A stretch of DNA of 63,546 bases, filler included, from Octopus bimaculoides (Eukaryota): the NCBI RefSeq assembly GCF_001194135.2. It is 6 parts of 6 records of this genome, joined end to end, with 100 filler letters (N's around TTAATTAATTAA, not from the genome) between each part and the next. Parts side by side here need not be neighbours in the genome. Positions count along the whole stretch, not along the records: positions 62,452 to 63,546 come from NW_026327635.1; 5 more parts are not named here. The stretch is one strand, 5' to 3'. The notes under the pieces were generated by a model. That model was not told the origin of the DNA, ran no database searches, and saw nothing but the letters and a program-made list of their open reading frames with translations. Positions 62,452-63,546 of the stretch are shown one piece after another. The position numbers and the translations under genes were made by a program. Each line of letters opens with the position of its first letter. Position 1 is the stretch's first letter.

Positions 62452-63546
62452 GAGTGAGTGAAAGGAGGAAGTAGAAAATGAAAGAGAAATGAGTAAGAGA
62501 GAGAGGGGGAGAGTGGAAGAAAGTAAGTGAGGAAAGGTGTAAGAGAGAAAGAGAAAAAGAGAGAGATCGGAAGAGTGGAAGAGAGAAAGAGAAGGAAGAG
62601 TAAAAGAGGAGAGAAAGAAAGGAAGGTAAAGAAGAAGAAAGAAGAGAGGAAGAGAAAAACGAGAGAGAAAGAAAGTGAGAAGGAAATGAAGAAAGAGGGA
62701 GAGAAAGAGAGTGAGAAAGAAGGAGAGGGAGAAGAGAAAGAGGAAAGGGGAGGAAGAGGTGAAGAAAAAGAGAAGGAAAGAGAATAGGAAAGCGTGAGAG
62801 AGAGAAAGAGAGGAACAAAGAACGAGCAGAAGATAAGAGGAAAATGAATGAAAGAGAGAGAGAGAGCTGATTGAGAGGAATGGTGGTAGGAAGGAGATGA
62901 TAAGAGGGGGAAAGAAATGGATGAGGAACGAGAGAATAATTTGAAGAAGGGGAAGAAGTAACAAGAATGAAAAGAAAAAGAAAAGGGAGGAGAACGGAGA
63001 GAAGAAAAAGAAGGAAAAGAATAAGAGGAATAAGAAAAATATGAAGGGGAAGGGAGAGAAAGGAAAGAAGTAGAATAAGAGGAAGAAGTAGAAAAGGAAT
63101 AAGAAAAATATGACGGGGAAGGGAGAGAAGAAAGTAAAGAAGTAGAGGAGGAATAAGAAGAAAAGGAAGAGGGAGGAGGAAGAGAAGAAGAAGGAAAAGA
63201 AGAAGGAAAAATTGCAGGACGAGGGAGAGAAGAAGAAGGAAAAGAAGTAGAAGAGGAATAAGAAAAAGAAGAAGGAGGGGAGAGGAGAGAAGAAGAAGAA
63301 GGAAACGAAGAAGAAAAAAATAAAGGACGAGGGAGAGAAGAAGGAAAAGAAGTAGGAGAGGAATAAGACGAAAAGGAAGAAGGAGGGGAGAGAAGAAGGA
63401 AAAGAAGAAGAAAAATTGAAAGAGGAGGCAGAGAAGATGAAAGAAAAGAAGTAGAAAAGGAATAAGAAGAAAGAGGAGGAGGTAGAAAAGAAGAAGAAGA
63501 AAGTAAAGAAGTAGAAGTAGAAGTAGAATAGGAATAATAATAATAA
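62452..63546. repeat. ~1.1-kb purine-rich (GA/GAA/GGA) low-complexity tract
   Basis: Almost entirely A/G on the plus strand. Confidence 0.9.

Overview
AT-rich animal genomic DNA from a gapped draft assembly, saturated with microsatellites, tRNA-derived SINEs and decayed transposons. The repeat landscape is what I associate with an octopus genome (inference, not verified). No complete protein-coding gene, tRNA/rRNA gene or CRISPR array can be supported, and almost all listed ORFs are microsatellite or N-run artefacts. Recognisable content: several SINE families; four RTE-type LINE fragments; a CR1-type 3' end; an RLE-type (R4/Dong-like) 3' end in (AAT)n; two mariner transposase remnants plus a mariner MITE; a Tc1 remnant with an internal inversion; a ~116-bp higher-order minisatellite; and low-confidence minus-strand exons of an unidentified gene. 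The most interesting signal is a set of minimal type I hammerhead ribozyme folds with palindromic stem III (32467-32523, 10444-10495, 33739-33774, plus eroded ones). They belong to unrelated repeat families, have no recognisable adjacent RT/GIY-YIG coding sequence, and two carry non-canonical cores (CCGACGA, CUGUGGA). This suggests Penelope-like pseudo-LTRs or retrozyme-like non-autonomous elements. There is also a switch from CpG-decayed to CpG-retaining sequence near 12.7-13.9 kb. Five 44N-TTAATTAATTAA-44N spacers and one 304-bp false duplication are assembly artefacts. Repeat boundaries are approximate and family names come from motif recognition, not database searches.
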